Of a stretch of DNA of 64,000 bases, positions 1-9,173 are shown piece by piece. The stretch's first letter is position 1, and every line of letters begins with the position of its first letter. The DNA lies in contig OZ271856.1 of NCBI GenBank assembly GCA_965601975.1, positions 2,562,240-2,626,239 on the forward strand, written 5' to 3'. Below the pieces are notes generated by a model, which saw only the letters and a program-made list of their open reading frames with translations, had not been told where the DNA came from and did not search any database. Source of the stretch: Halieaceae bacterium. Lineage in GTDB: Bacteria; Pseudomonadota; Gammaproteobacteria; Pseudomonadales; Halieaceae. The translations under genes and the position numbers were made by a program.

Positions 1-660
1 GTCCACGCTGCAGATGACCATGGCGGAAGCGCCGTCAGAGATCGGGCAGCAGTCGTGGCGACGCAGCGGTGCGACAAATTCGGGTTCCGCCAGCAGCGTG
101 TCGACAGAGGACTCGCCCGCCAGCTGGGCGTGGGGATTATTGGCAGCCGCGTTGGCCCGGGAACGCGCGACGACGTCTGCCATGTCGGCTTCAGTGATCA
201 GGCCGCGGTCCAGCATCACCCTGGCCTGCATGGCCGCGAGGCTGACCGTGTCCACCCACAGGGGCGCCAGGTAGTAAGGGTCGAGCTGCTGGGACAGCAC
301 CGTGGGCAGCTCCCCGGGCGAGGATTTTCCGAACCCGTAGACCAGCGCGGAGTCCGCCTGGCCCATGCGAATCTTCAGCATGGATTCGTACAGGGCCCAG
401 GCCGCGTCCATTTCCACGTGGGATTCCTTGATCGGCGGCACCGCGCCCAGGGCGTCGACGCCCAGCACAAAGGCAAACGCCGCGCCCTGCTGGTAGTCAC
501 AGCTGCCGGAGCAGGTGAAGTCCACGTCCTGGCTGTTCTTGAGTCCCACCGCGCCCAGGGCTTCCCGTATTACGGGGATGATCAGCTCCACCTCGTTGCG
601 GGCGCCGGCATCGCGCAGGCAATCGGACTGGGCGAAAGACACAATGGCAATGTCGCGCAT
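1..660 (-). CDS. Thiolase-like protein (SCP-x/lipid-transfer-type thiolase family), N-terminal part; gene continues beyond window start
   Basis: Minus-strand ORF starts at ATG ~660 (overlapping TGA of the upstream gene). Translation reads MRDIAIVSFAQSDCLRDAGARNEVELIIPVIREALG..CCPISDGASAMV, typical of a thiolase N-terminal domain. It runs off the window edge and is not in the ORF track because it has no stop in the window. Confidence 0.55.
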   Translation of the reverse strand, partial: MRDIAIVSFAQSDCLRDAGARNEVELIIPVIREALGAVGLKNSQDVDFTCSGSCDYQQGAAFAFVLGVDALGAVPPIKESHVEMDAAWALYESMLKIRMGQADSALVYGFGKSSPGELPTVLSQQLDPYYLAPLWVDTVSLAAMQARVMLDRGLITEADMADVVARSRANAAANNPHAQLAGESSVDTLLAEPEFVAPLRRHDCCPISDGASAMVICSVD

Positions 661-1175
661 CAGCTCTCTCCCCCAGGGCCTTCCACGGGCACCCTGCCGA
701 TCTGCTCGATGGGCACGTCCGGTTCATCGATGGGCCGGAAGTAGCGGATGTTGTCCATGGCGTAGCCCCACTCCTCCTCGGGCTTCCACACCGCCTGCAC
801 CCGCTGGCCGATGTGCACCTGGTCGTTGTCGCATTCGCTCATCAGGTGAATAAAGGAGATGTTCGCCCCGTCGGCGACGAGGTTGGCCACCACGTAGGGC
901 GGCTGGATGGGATTGTTGGGGATGGGAATCCAGACGATGGTGAAGGACTGCACGGTCGCCTTGTCGGATACTTCGACTTCCTCGTCGGTCGCTACCCCGC
1001 AGGCGGCGCAGGCGCCCCGCGGCGGTACGTAGACATTGCCGCAGCCCGGGCAGCGCTGCCCGACCAGGCGGCCTTCCTTCACCTGGTTGAGAAAGCGGGT
1101 GGTGGCCTCGCCGGCGGTGAAGTTATAGGTCATGTAGACCGGCGCCTCGATGGCGGTGATGTCTTCGTCACTCAT
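660..1175 (-). CDS. DUF35 family OB-fold/Zn-ribbon protein (thiolase-associated)
   Basis: ORF 660..1199, probable start at internal Met (MSDED..). Has CxxC..CxxC rubredoxin-like Zn ribbon (CPGCGNVYVPPRGACAACG). Start overlaps stop of upstream DUF35 paralog and its stop overlaps the thiolase start. Confidence 0.6.
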   Translation of the reverse strand: MSDEDITAIEAPVYMTYNFTAGEATTRFLNQVKEGRLVGQRCPGCGNVYVPPRGACAACGVATDEEVEVSDKATVQSFTIVWIPIPNNPIQPPYVVANLVADGANISFIHLMSECDNDQVHIGQRVQAVWKPEEEWGYAMDNIRYFRPIDEPDVPIEQIGRVPVEGPGGES

Positions 1176-1612
1176 GCGCCACCCTCTTTCTCGAAGCATT
1201 CGATGTCAGTGATAAAGCCGATACGCTCCTCTGCCCAGCGGGCCTGCACCCGCATACCGGTGGCGATCTCGTCGCGGGCGCAATCGACCGCGTGGACCAT
1301 CGGCACGTCCGCGCCGTCCAGGCGGATCATGGCCCAGGCAAAGGGCCGGTCGAAGGGGTGGCTATCCCGTGGCTCCGTGACCCAGCACCAGGTGACAATC
1401 TCACCGCGGTCCGCCACGTCGACAAATTCCGTCAAGGCGCTGGCGGTCACCGGGTCGAACTCCATGGGCGGCACGTACACCGTGCCGTCATCGCCGCGGG
1501 TGCCGACGATTTTGCCGTCCCGCAGTCCTGTCAGGAAACGCCCGACCACGGGGCCGGTGGAGCGCGTGTAGGTATAGCCAAGTTCGAAAGACTGGCGCAG
1601 AAGTTCAGGCAA
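1172..1612 (-). CDS. DUF35-like OB-fold protein, second tandem copy lacking the Cys4 Zn ribbon
   Basis: 146-aa ORF with non-ATG (TTG) start. Same size and architecture as the neighbouring DUF35 protein but with no CxxC pairs. Translationally coupled. Confidence 0.5.
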   Translation of the reverse strand: MPELLRQSFELGYTYTRSTGPVVGRFLTGLRDGKIVGTRGDDGTVYVPPMEFDPVTASALTEFVDVADRGEIVTWCWVTEPRDSHPFDRPFAWAMIRLDGADVPMVHAVDCARDEIATGMRVQARWAEERIGFITDIECFEKEGGA

Positions 1613-1705
1613 GGAAAAGCCTCCCTGGGGTCCAGGGAGGCAGTATTGACGAGGGTGTGGGGTGACTCAATGGCCGAAAATCCCTATCGGCCATGACATT
1701 TCAGA

Positions 1706-4456
1706 TCAGGCCTCTGCCTCAGCCAGCAGTTTGCCGGCGAAGCGCTTGAGTTTGCCGCCAGCTGTGACACCCTGGAGGTATTCGATCGCCCCGGCATCTT
1801 GCAGGGGCTCCCCGGTAGCGACCGTCAATTCGTACAGCAGCTCGACCAGGCCGCCGATGTCCCGGGGCGGCTCGGCTGGATCGTGCCTGAGCGCGCCCGC
1901 GATTGTGTCACGGACAAAAGCTGCATGCTTTCCTGAAATTTCACTCAGTTCGCCCAGTGACTTCGTCCATCGTCCTACCGGGATAAAGCCCCGCGCCGGG
2001 ATCAGCTGCCCCAGGGCCTTGCACAACTGCTCGACGGCCAGCCGATCCTGTTCAATTGCGGCGATAGCGGCATCGAGCGCTACGGTTTTTACCGCCGGGT
2101 CGCTGCTTCCAATCCCAAGGGCGAGCAGCAGCGCACCCATGTTATCGGGGACAATATGCTGCTGGAGCATGGGTTCGATAAAACCGACATAGGGCGAATT
2201 CGTCAGGATCTGGCTGTGATCGAATACCTCCATGCCCTGAGAGAAAAATGCCTGCGGGTTGAGTGGCCAGACTGTGGCACTCCACCGGACCATATTGACG
2301 TGCAGGCCACAGACACTGCCATAAGCCTTGTCATCCGCCGTGGTCGCATGGAAGGTACTGGTAAGAAAAGTCTCGGGGATCGCGCCGGTCAGCTGCGGCT
2401 CAACCACAATGTTGAGGCGAGAGTAGCGCTCGTTGCCCTTCCACTGCAGCTGGTATGTCGCACCGCTACCGGCATCGGGACAGCCGTGGCCGTGCTTTCT
2501 GGCAATCTCCTCGTGATCGATCCTGGGCAGTCTTGCCGCGGCGGCCGCCACCCACAGCCAGTCTATCGAGCCGACGGGCACATCCGCGCCGAGGGCGAAG
2601 GCCATCGCAGCCTGGTACTCGTCCCTGGGATCGAGAGCCCTGGCCGCCTCTTCTCGCGCATCTGGCGCGAGGCGCAAAAAGGCAAGCACCATATCGGTGG
2701 GTGAAGGCGTGATACCACTGTGCTTGTAACGCATATACCGCGCCACCAGGGTGCCAGCGTCGACGAAGCCCCGACTATCGGTCGGCGCGCTCAACAGTGG
2801 CAGGTCGAGCCCCGCTTCTATGCGAGAGAGCAGTTCCTCGCCACGCCGGGCAAATACGGCTTCAAAAGTCTGGCGAGTATTTTCCTTGAGAGGTGAGTAG
2901 TTGCCCATTCCATAGAGCGGGAATCGAATCTTATGCTCCTCCTCGAGCGGATCATTACCGGCAAAGCGACTGGCAAGGCGAGCGAGCTGGAACTGGAACT
3001 GGTCATCGGGCATGCGCTTTATCAGGGCGACTGAACGTTTCTTCAGCGGACCTATCAGTTCTTCAAAGTCCGGTGGACGTGTCGCGCCCAGCCGAGCCAG
3101 GCCATCCAGCAGCCTCTCCACCTGGAGGGGATCACTGGGGTCTTCAAGCAGGCGCAAAAATTCCTGGTTCAACTCGGTATAGGTAGCGATTGGCTCAATC
3201 ACGGAGACAGACGCTTTGGCGGGCGCGGCAACCGGGGAGACTGGCTCCGCTCGCGCCTCCGTTACACCCACCAGCTCCTCAAAAGTTTTTCTTAGTGATG
3301 GGGCAATACCCTCCGCATACCCCTGCATGGCCGCCCGGGTGTCGGGATCGCGCAGGCCGTCCAGGGATTCGATCAGGGCCAGCGCCTTTTTCTGTACGTC
3401 AGCCGACTCGTGGATCAGCGCATCCACGGCCAGTCGCGCCCCCTGCCCCGACAGATCGGGCTCGCGCTTGACCGCGTTTGTGATCAACCGCAGTCCGGTG
3501 TTGACCGTGCCTTTGGCCCGCGCCTGCAGGACCGGCGGTAAATGCGCCAGCAAGTCGACTGCTGACAGTTTTCCCGCCTTGTCCAATGCCACAACAGCCT
3601 TGAGCGAAAAGGATACTGTGGGCGGAATCGAGCTTCCTAACAGAAGTAGATACCGGTCGGAGCGCGCTGCACGCTCCTCGATTGTCGGCTCCAGCGCCTC
3701 GTGGAAACGGGAAAACCAGCCGGCCCTGAACTGGGCGAAATCACGCGCCAGCGCCTGCAGGCTCTCGTCCAGCAGACGGTCGCGATCCAGGGTGCCATCG
3801 GACGCTAGTTCTAGCATCACAGCCGACCAGGAGTAGCCTTTGCGACCGATGTATTTTTCGTGTGTAGCCAGGCTCAGGTCCCCGCCGCCTTCCACCTCGA
3901 AAAGGCGCCAGATATCTTCATCCCTGATATCCGGGCGCGAACGAATACGGTCGGCGTGCGTCATTCCGCTGTCCCAGAGCGCTGTCGGTGACTGCTTCCA
4001 GTCAGGTAGGCAATCGATCATGCCGAGAATGTATCCATCTCCGGTGGGCTTCTGGCAAAGGTTCGCTTCGTAGAGCAGCCTGACGTCGTTGAAAGCGCGC
4101 GGCGTCTGCTCGACCAGCGACTCCAGCCACTCGTCTACCCAGTCCGGTTTGAGTGCCTTGACCACGTCGAGAATGAAACCGTCCCAGGGCAGCATCCGCC
4201 AACCCAGCTTTATCAATTCGCTGGCAGTTGCCGTGGCAAGAACACACACCTGGATTCGCTCCTCCCGTTCGCGGTAATCATGCGTTGTCCCTTGTGAAAG
4301 CCAGTCCGCATCCAGGTTCTTCAGGAGCTTCATTGCAGCGGGAGCAAGCTCCCTTCGCTCTTTGGCGGACTTGTCCGCAAAAAAGGCGAGGCAGTCCTCC
4401 CTGGGTGATGTGTCGATCAACTGAGCCAGAACGTCCATGTCGTGTCCTGCATTCAT
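1706..4456 (-). CDS. Large (916 aa) alpha-helical protein of the DUF4132/DUF6493 (MolR/YehI-like) class, partner of the SWIM protein
   Basis: Uninterrupted 916-codon ORF at genome-typical GC. Start overlaps the stop of the upstream SWIM gene by 1 nt (TAATG). Family assignment is from recalled domain architecture and is not computed. Confidence 0.65.
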   Translation of the reverse strand: MNAGHDMDVLAQLIDTSPREDCLAFFADKSAKERRELAPAAMKLLKNLDADWLSQGTTHDYREREERIQVCVLATATASELIKLGWRMLPWDGFILDVVKALKPDWVDEWLESLVEQTPRAFNDVRLLYEANLCQKPTGDGYILGMIDCLPDWKQSPTALWDSGMTHADRIRSRPDIRDEDIWRLFEVEGGGDLSLATHEKYIGRKGYSWSAVMLELASDGTLDRDRLLDESLQALARDFAQFRAGWFSRFHEALEPTIEERAARSDRYLLLLGSSIPPTVSFSLKAVVALDKAGKLSAVDLLAHLPPVLQARAKGTVNTGLRLITNAVKREPDLSGQGARLAVDALIHESADVQKKALALIESLDGLRDPDTRAAMQGYAEGIAPSLRKTFEELVGVTEARAEPVSPVAAPAKASVSVIEPIATYTELNQEFLRLLEDPSDPLQVERLLDGLARLGATRPPDFEELIGPLKKRSVALIKRMPDDQFQFQLARLASRFAGNDPLEEEHKIRFPLYGMGNYSPLKENTRQTFEAVFARRGEELLSRIEAGLDLPLLSAPTDSRGFVDAGTLVARYMRYKHSGITPSPTDMVLAFLRLAPDAREEAARALDPRDEYQAAMAFALGADVPVGSIDWLWVAAAAARLPRIDHEEIARKHGHGCPDAGSGATYQLQWKGNERYSRLNIVVEPQLTGAIPETFLTSTFHATTADDKAYGSVCGLHVNMVRWSATVWPLNPQAFFSQGMEVFDHSQILTNSPYVGFIEPMLQQHIVPDNMGALLLALGIGSSDPAVKTVALDAAIAAIEQDRLAVEQLCKALGQLIPARGFIPVGRWTKSLGELSEISGKHAAFVRDTIAGALRHDPAEPPRDIGGLVELLYELTVATGEPLQDAGAIEYLQGVTAGGKLKRFAGKLLAEAEA

Positions 4457-5799
4457 TAGGTTTCTTCGAGCGCCATTTCCGTCGCCAGAACATGCTTACA
4501 GGGCCCACGCGCGCCCTGGTGTTTGGCGTACCAGGGGCAGGTGCAGGTACTGCAGGATTCACCGAGAATGACCCGGTGGGTCACGCCGTCACTCTGCACT
4601 TCCGCTGACACCGAGCTTCCATCGACACGCACTTTCACTGCGCCTTTGCGATACAGCTCTTCCGCGCTCTTCAGCCTGGGGTTCAGCCTTTCAATCAGTG
4701 ATAGATCAAAGGGCAGCGCACGATGGAAGTATGCGCCCGCCTGCAGGTCGAAACCCAGCAAACCCTGGGCCGCAAGCGACGCCAGCGCGTTCTCCACAGC
4801 CTCATGGTTCAGCCCGGTATCCTGTGACAGCTGTTTCGCATCCAGCACGCTCTGCCATTTGAGCTGCGCTTTCAACAGCGCCAACGCGCTGTTATCGGAC
4901 GCACCAACGCTCGAAAGCAGCTGGCCGTCACCGGAAAAGCCGCGCCAGGGTTCCGAGTTCAGCGCCAACAACAGGCTCTGGCCGCCAAAGTCCAACACCC
5001 ATGCACTGCTACCCTGGGCTTCGTTGTACCAGACTGCCAGCGACTCGGCATCGCCTGCCAGCTTCTCCAGCAGGCGCAGCCGCTGGGTACCCCTGATCAT
5101 CACACTGCCCGGGGACTGACGTCCCGACAGGCGGCCGCCCTGGGGCGACGGCGTCACCCATTGCACATGATCCGCTTTCCCGCGCGGCAGAGAACGCAGA
5201 AAGCGCTGTGCCTGCACACGCGACAGTGTAAATCGGGCCGACATCCCCCGCAGATGAGACTGCACTTCGGCAAACCCCTTGATCCACCGCGTGGGCAGCG
5301 GCACTTTTCGCTCGACAACGGATTCGCTGGCCTTGTGTAACTCGACAGACTCCCTGTTCACCTCCAGGCGTAGGGGTGTCGCGGCCCGCACCGTGGCCAG
5401 CGCGGCACGCATGTCGGCCTGGAAATCGACGTTGGTTGTACCCGGGCTGAAGTGTTCGGCGGCAAAGGCCGCTTCGCCCAGGTCATGACGAATGTAGGTA
5501 CTGCAACAGGCGGAGAAGCCTTCGAAGTGAAGCTTGTCGCGGGAGACCGTCGCAACCGGATCGGCTTCCCGCAATATGCGGGCAAGCATGCTGGGAGGCA
5601 CATAGAATCGTGTACCGACCAGGTCGGAAACCGCTCGCAGGCCGCGCGCGGTCGCGAGCGGGTTCAGTAAATCGCCGGCGAAGAACCGGGTTTCCGAGGG
5701 CTCGGTGAGTTCCGCTGCAATCTGCAGCTGGAAGCCGTCACCCGCGGCATTCAGCGCGGATGGACGGGCGTAGCGATAGACATGGTCGATAGCTGCCAT
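4456..5799 (-). CDS. SWIM zinc-finger domain protein (447 aa)
   Basis: C-terminal CxCxnCxH signature (..CSTCTCPWYAKHQGARGPCKHVLA). N-terminal ~380 aa is a typical SWIM-associated region. Coupled to the downstream 916-aa gene. Confidence 0.8.
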   Translation of the reverse strand: MAAIDHVYRYARPSALNAAGDGFQLQIAAELTEPSETRFFAGDLLNPLATARGLRAVSDLVGTRFYVPPSMLARILREADPVATVSRDKLHFEGFSACCSTYIRHDLGEAAFAAEHFSPGTTNVDFQADMRAALATVRAATPLRLEVNRESVELHKASESVVERKVPLPTRWIKGFAEVQSHLRGMSARFTLSRVQAQRFLRSLPRGKADHVQWVTPSPQGGRLSGRQSPGSVMIRGTQRLRLLEKLAGDAESLAVWYNEAQGSSAWVLDFGGQSLLLALNSEPWRGFSGDGQLLSSVGASDNSALALLKAQLKWQSVLDAKQLSQDTGLNHEAVENALASLAAQGLLGFDLQAGAYFHRALPFDLSLIERLNPRLKSAEELYRKGAVKVRVDGSSVSAEVQSDGVTHRVILGESCSTCTCPWYAKHQGARGPCKHVLATEMALEET

Positions 5800-5869
5800 G
5801 CTTTCATTCTAACCATGAAAGCGTGGCAGCCAATCACCTATTTACAGAAACGGACCAAGGCGACTGCAA

Positions 5870-6964
5870 TCAGATCTCGAAACGGTGGCGCCGGAGCCAG
5901 ACCGCACCTGCGAGGAACAGCGCCGCAGTGGCAACACCGAGCACCATGCCCATGTAATCGAGGCCGCTCCAGACCGGGCCGTAGGCGTAGAAGCCCAGGG
6001 ACGAGGCGTCGTCACCATCGACCAGGCGCGGCAGGTGGTTGCCGATCGTGTAGAGCACATAGCGTGTGCCGAACAGGATGCGCTCGCCAATCACCAGTCC
6101 CAGCGGAATCGCGATGGCCAGCAGGAACGGGGAGCGCTTGGCCGCTGCGGAGCACAGCATCAGCCAGCCATACACCGGCAGGCTCCACAGCATCCACACC
6201 AGCAGACCGCCCATCTGGTTGCCCACCAGTGCGGCGAACTGCAGCTCACCGATAAACTCGCCGGGCGAACCGTCCATACGCCAGACCATCAGCATGCCGA
6301 GTAGCATGAACAAGACCTGGGTGAGCAGCGACACGGCAAAGAACAACACCGGCGCGACGATGGTGATGGCAAGCAGCTTCGACGCCACTTCCTCCCACTC
6401 GGACACCGGCATGGACTTCCAGAACAGGATGCTGCGGTCCTTGCGATCGTCGTACAGGCTGCTCAACAGGAAGTTAATGCTGACGAAGAACAGTATCAGC
6501 AGGAATATGCTGTGCAGCCCGTTGAACAACGGGTTGATGGAGTCGTACTCGAGACCGCCCTGTGAACGCTTCTCGCGGCGGGGCGCGGAGAACGTCCACT
6601 CGCCGCTGAAGTTCCAGGCGTCTTCGGCCACGTCTTCGGGATTCTCCGTGATCGTCAGCGACTGAGTAGGCTCGGCCGCCTCTTCGTCCTCGATTTTCTT
6701 CAGCAGCAGGTCTTCTTCGCCGGTATCCGGATCCTCACCGACGCTGAGCTCCAGGTTCACGGTGCCGCCTTCCGACTCGCCCGTGAAAATGTGGATCACG
6801 TCGTCGCCCAGCATGGCGAAGCGCCCGGCCAGGACCACGCTGATCAACATGAGCAGCGTCAGGCCAGCGGCCGTCGCTATAGGGGTCCAGACCAGCGAGG
6901 TGCGGAATTCCTGCATCTCGCGGTTGACCATCGTAAAAAGTTTCATGCGATTGGAGAGTTCCAT
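5870..6964 (-). CDS. ABC-2 type transporter permease
   Basis: Multi-TM hydrophobic ORF immediately downstream of the ABC ATPase (1-nt spacing). Operon with the GntR gene. Confidence 0.7.
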   Translation of the reverse strand: MELSNRMKLFTMVNREMQEFRTSLVWTPIATAAGLTLLMLISVVLAGRFAMLGDDVIHIFTGESEGGTVNLELSVGEDPDTGEEDLLLKKIEDEEAAEPTQSLTITENPEDVAEDAWNFSGEWTFSAPRREKRSQGGLEYDSINPLFNGLHSIFLLILFFVSINFLLSSLYDDRKDRSILFWKSMPVSEWEEVASKLLAITIVAPVLFFAVSLLTQVLFMLLGMLMVWRMDGSPGEFIGELQFAALVGNQMGGLLVWMLWSLPVYGWLMLCSAAAKRSPFLLAIAIPLGLVIGERILFGTRYVLYTIGNHLPRLVDGDDASSLGFYAYGPVWSGLDYMGMVLGVATAALFLAGAVWLRRHRFEI

Positions 6965-6965
6965 A

Positions 6966-7820
6966 TCATTGCCCCTCCGACATTTTTGCTACGAAGAGAT
7001 CGGATATCGAGGGCGTATGCAGCTGGCCGTATCCGGCCAGGGCCTCCCGGTCCCCATCTTCAAATATCATGGCCTTGCCACCGAGGATGGAGCGCTCGCT
7101 GATCGGCCCGTGTTGATGGGCCTCCTGCACGGAGCCCCCGACCACATGCACCTCGCAGAACCGCTCCGCCAGCGAGTCCATGGATTCGTGGAGTACCACC
7201 TTGCCGCTGCGCATGAACATGGCATCGGTGAGGATGTTCTCTACCTCCTCCACCTGGTGGGTGGAGATGATGATGGTGCGCTCGTCGTCGTAGTAGTCGT
7301 TCAGCAGCTGCTCGAAGAACTGCTTGCGGAACAGGATGTCCAGACCCAGGGTCGGTTCGTCCAGGACCAGCAGCTTCGCGTCGATGGCCATGACGATGGC
7401 CAGGTGCAGCTGCACGGTCATGCCCTTGGACAGCTCCTTGACCTTGTGGCCCAGGGTGACCTCGGTGCGGCCCAGCAGCGCCTCTGCCTGCTCCAGGCAG
7501 AAGCGCGGGTGCACACCCGCCACGTAGTCCAGCACCTGCGAAACCTTCATCCAGCGCGGCAGTACCGCGGTGTCGGCAATGAAGCAGACCTGCTCCTGGA
7601 GTTTGGTCCGTTGCACACGCGGGTCGAGGCCCATGATCTCGATATCGCCGTCACAGGCATTGAGCCCCAGCAGCGCCCGCAGCATGGTGGTCTTGCCGGC
7701 GCCGTTGGGGCCGATCAGGCCGGTAATGCTGCCGGACTCAATATTGAGCGAGACACCGTCAACCGCAGCCTTGTCGCCGTAGCGCTTGTTGAGGTTGTGC
7801 GTCTTGATCAGCGTGGCCAT
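6966..7820 (-). CDS. ABC transporter ATP-binding protein
   Basis: Walker A GPNGAGKTT, signature LSKGM, Walker B LLVLDEPT. Confidence 0.9.
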   Translation of the reverse strand: MATLIKTHNLNKRYGDKAAVDGVSLNIESGSITGLIGPNGAGKTTMLRALLGLNACDGDIEIMGLDPRVQRTKLQEQVCFIADTAVLPRWMKVSQVLDYVAGVHPRFCLEQAEALLGRTEVTLGHKVKELSKGMTVQLHLAIVMAIDAKLLVLDEPTLGLDILFRKQFFEQLLNDYYDDERTIIISTHQVEEVENILTDAMFMRSGKVVLHESMDSLAERFCEVHVVGGSVQEAHQHGPISERSILGGKAMIFEDGDREALAGYGQLHTPSISDLFVAKMSEGQ

Positions 7821-8191
7821 CAGGAATGACCCCCCTGTGACTTGAGGCGATCGGTCACGGTATCGATGTCCAGGCCCAGGCTGCGCACCCGCTCGGCAAA
7901 GGCCGGCAACTCTTCTTCCAGAAATTTCTGCTGCTCGTTGTTGGTCAAGGCTTCACGAGCGCCACTCAAGACAAACATGCCCAGTCCCCTACGCTTTTCC
8001 AGCAAGCCGTCGTCCACCAGTTCCTGGTAGGCCTTGGCCACTGTCAGATGATTGATGTTGTAATCCGATGCCACCTGCCGAACCGAGGGAACCGCGTCTC
8101 CTTCGGGAAAGCTGCCGTCCAGTATCCGTTGGATTACCAGGTCCCGCAGCTGGCGGTAGATCGGCTGGTTGTCATTCCACTCTATGGACAC
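7820..8191 (-). CDS. GntR family (YtrA subfamily) transcriptional regulator
   Basis: 123 aa, winged-HTH N-terminus (PSVRQVASDYNINHLTVAKAYQEL) plus short C-terminal extension. First gene of the GntR-ABC-ABC operon. Confidence 0.85.
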   Translation of the reverse strand: MSIEWNDNQPIYRQLRDLVIQRILDGSFPEGDAVPSVRQVASDYNINHLTVAKAYQELVDDGLLEKRRGLGMFVLSGAREALTNNEQQKFLEEELPAFAERVRSLGLDIDTVTDRLKSQGGHS

Positions 8192-8234
8192 GTTCTGGCC
8201 TCCTTTCGGCTAAAAGGATGGTTCGTCGCCGCCA

Positions 8235-9092
8235 TCAGTCGATGGGGCTCGCTTCGCCGGAACCCATAATGCTGCGCTTCACGCGCGGCTCGCCCCGATA
8301 CATCACGTCGCCGCTGCCAAGGATGTTCACGTCGAGGTACTCCACGGCCCAGACCTGGACATCACCGGAGCCGAGAATATCCACCTCGACCTGACGGGCA
8401 GGCAGACTGGACAGATCCACGTCGCCGGAGCCGGCCACGCTGATATCCATCGAATCGACCATGCCGTCCTCACTTTCGCTGGAGCCGACAATATCGCCGG
8501 AACCGGCCACCTCGACGTCCATCCGCTGTGCAGTGATCTTGCCGAGATCGATGTCGCCTGAACCCGCCAGTTCAACGGCCAACTCGTCAACCTCGGAACT
8601 CGCCAGCTGGATGGTCCCGGATCCCGCGACTTCGACCTCCAGTGATTCCGCCTTCACGGAATGCAGGCGCATGCTGCCGGAGCCCTCGACACTGACATAG
8701 AGTTCATCGGTCTCGACCGGGTCCACCCAGATTTCGCCGGAGCCTTCCAGCTCGATATTGTCCAGGTCGGTCACTTCCAGCAGGTACTTCACGTCGCGTA
8801 CGCTGCGGCCGCGCTTGGTGTATCCCAGCTTCAAGGTGTTGCCGCGTACATAGAACGGCTCGCGGTCGAGATCCTCCTCGTCGCCTTTCACCAACAGGCG
8901 GTTGGTGTCACCAAAGGTGACTTTCAACTCGTCACTGCCGCGCAGGATGACCTTGTCGATGTCGAAGCCCTCGACGGCGCGGGTATCTGCGTGTACCACC
9001 GCTGACACACCGGCACAGGCCAGGAAAGCCAGGGCGATAGCGAATCGCCGCTTGCCGCCCGGTGCGAGGAATTGTCTTCGCTGGTTCAACAT
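8235..9092 (-). CDS. DUF2807/GIN-domain (putative adhesin-head beta-helix) secreted protein
   Basis: Signal peptide followed by about nine ~20-aa repeats with an xGSGD/E core (VEGSGSM, VAGSGTI, LAGSGDI, VAGSGDV, ILGSGDV ...). Confidence 0.6.
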   Translation of the reverse strand: MLNQRRQFLAPGGKRRFAIALAFLACAGVSAVVHADTRAVEGFDIDKVILRGSDELKVTFGDTNRLLVKGDEEDLDREPFYVRGNTLKLGYTKRGRSVRDVKYLLEVTDLDNIELEGSGEIWVDPVETDELYVSVEGSGSMRLHSVKAESLEVEVAGSGTIQLASSEVDELAVELAGSGDIDLGKITAQRMDVEVAGSGDIVGSSESEDGMVDSMDISVAGSGDVDLSSLPARQVEVDILGSGDVQVWAVEYLDVNILGSGDVMYRGEPRVKRSIMGSGEASPID

Positions 9093-9109
9093 CGGTTGCT
9101 CCTCCGATA

Positions 9110-9145
9110 TGGTGTTATAGCTAACTATATCACCTTGAAACGAAT
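9110..9145. promoter_or_regulatory. AT-rich promoter region with near-palindrome TATAG-N4-CTATA upstream of the DUF2807-GntR-ABC cluster (candidate YtrA-type operator)
   Basis: gtgttatagctaactatatcac lies in an 80-bp AT-rich spacer upstream of the DUF2807 start. Confidence 0.2.
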
Positions 9146-9173
9146 CTGCAACACTTTTTTATTTCCAGTCAAA

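Noticed and set aside
660-1200. Base-exact coordinates from my own counting versus the ORF track (e.g. stop of ORF 1172..1612, start of 660..1199).
   Set aside because: My character-level indexing disagrees by 1 nt in places. I defer to the ORF track for CDS ends. All RNA, repeat and terminator coordinates are +/-2 nt.
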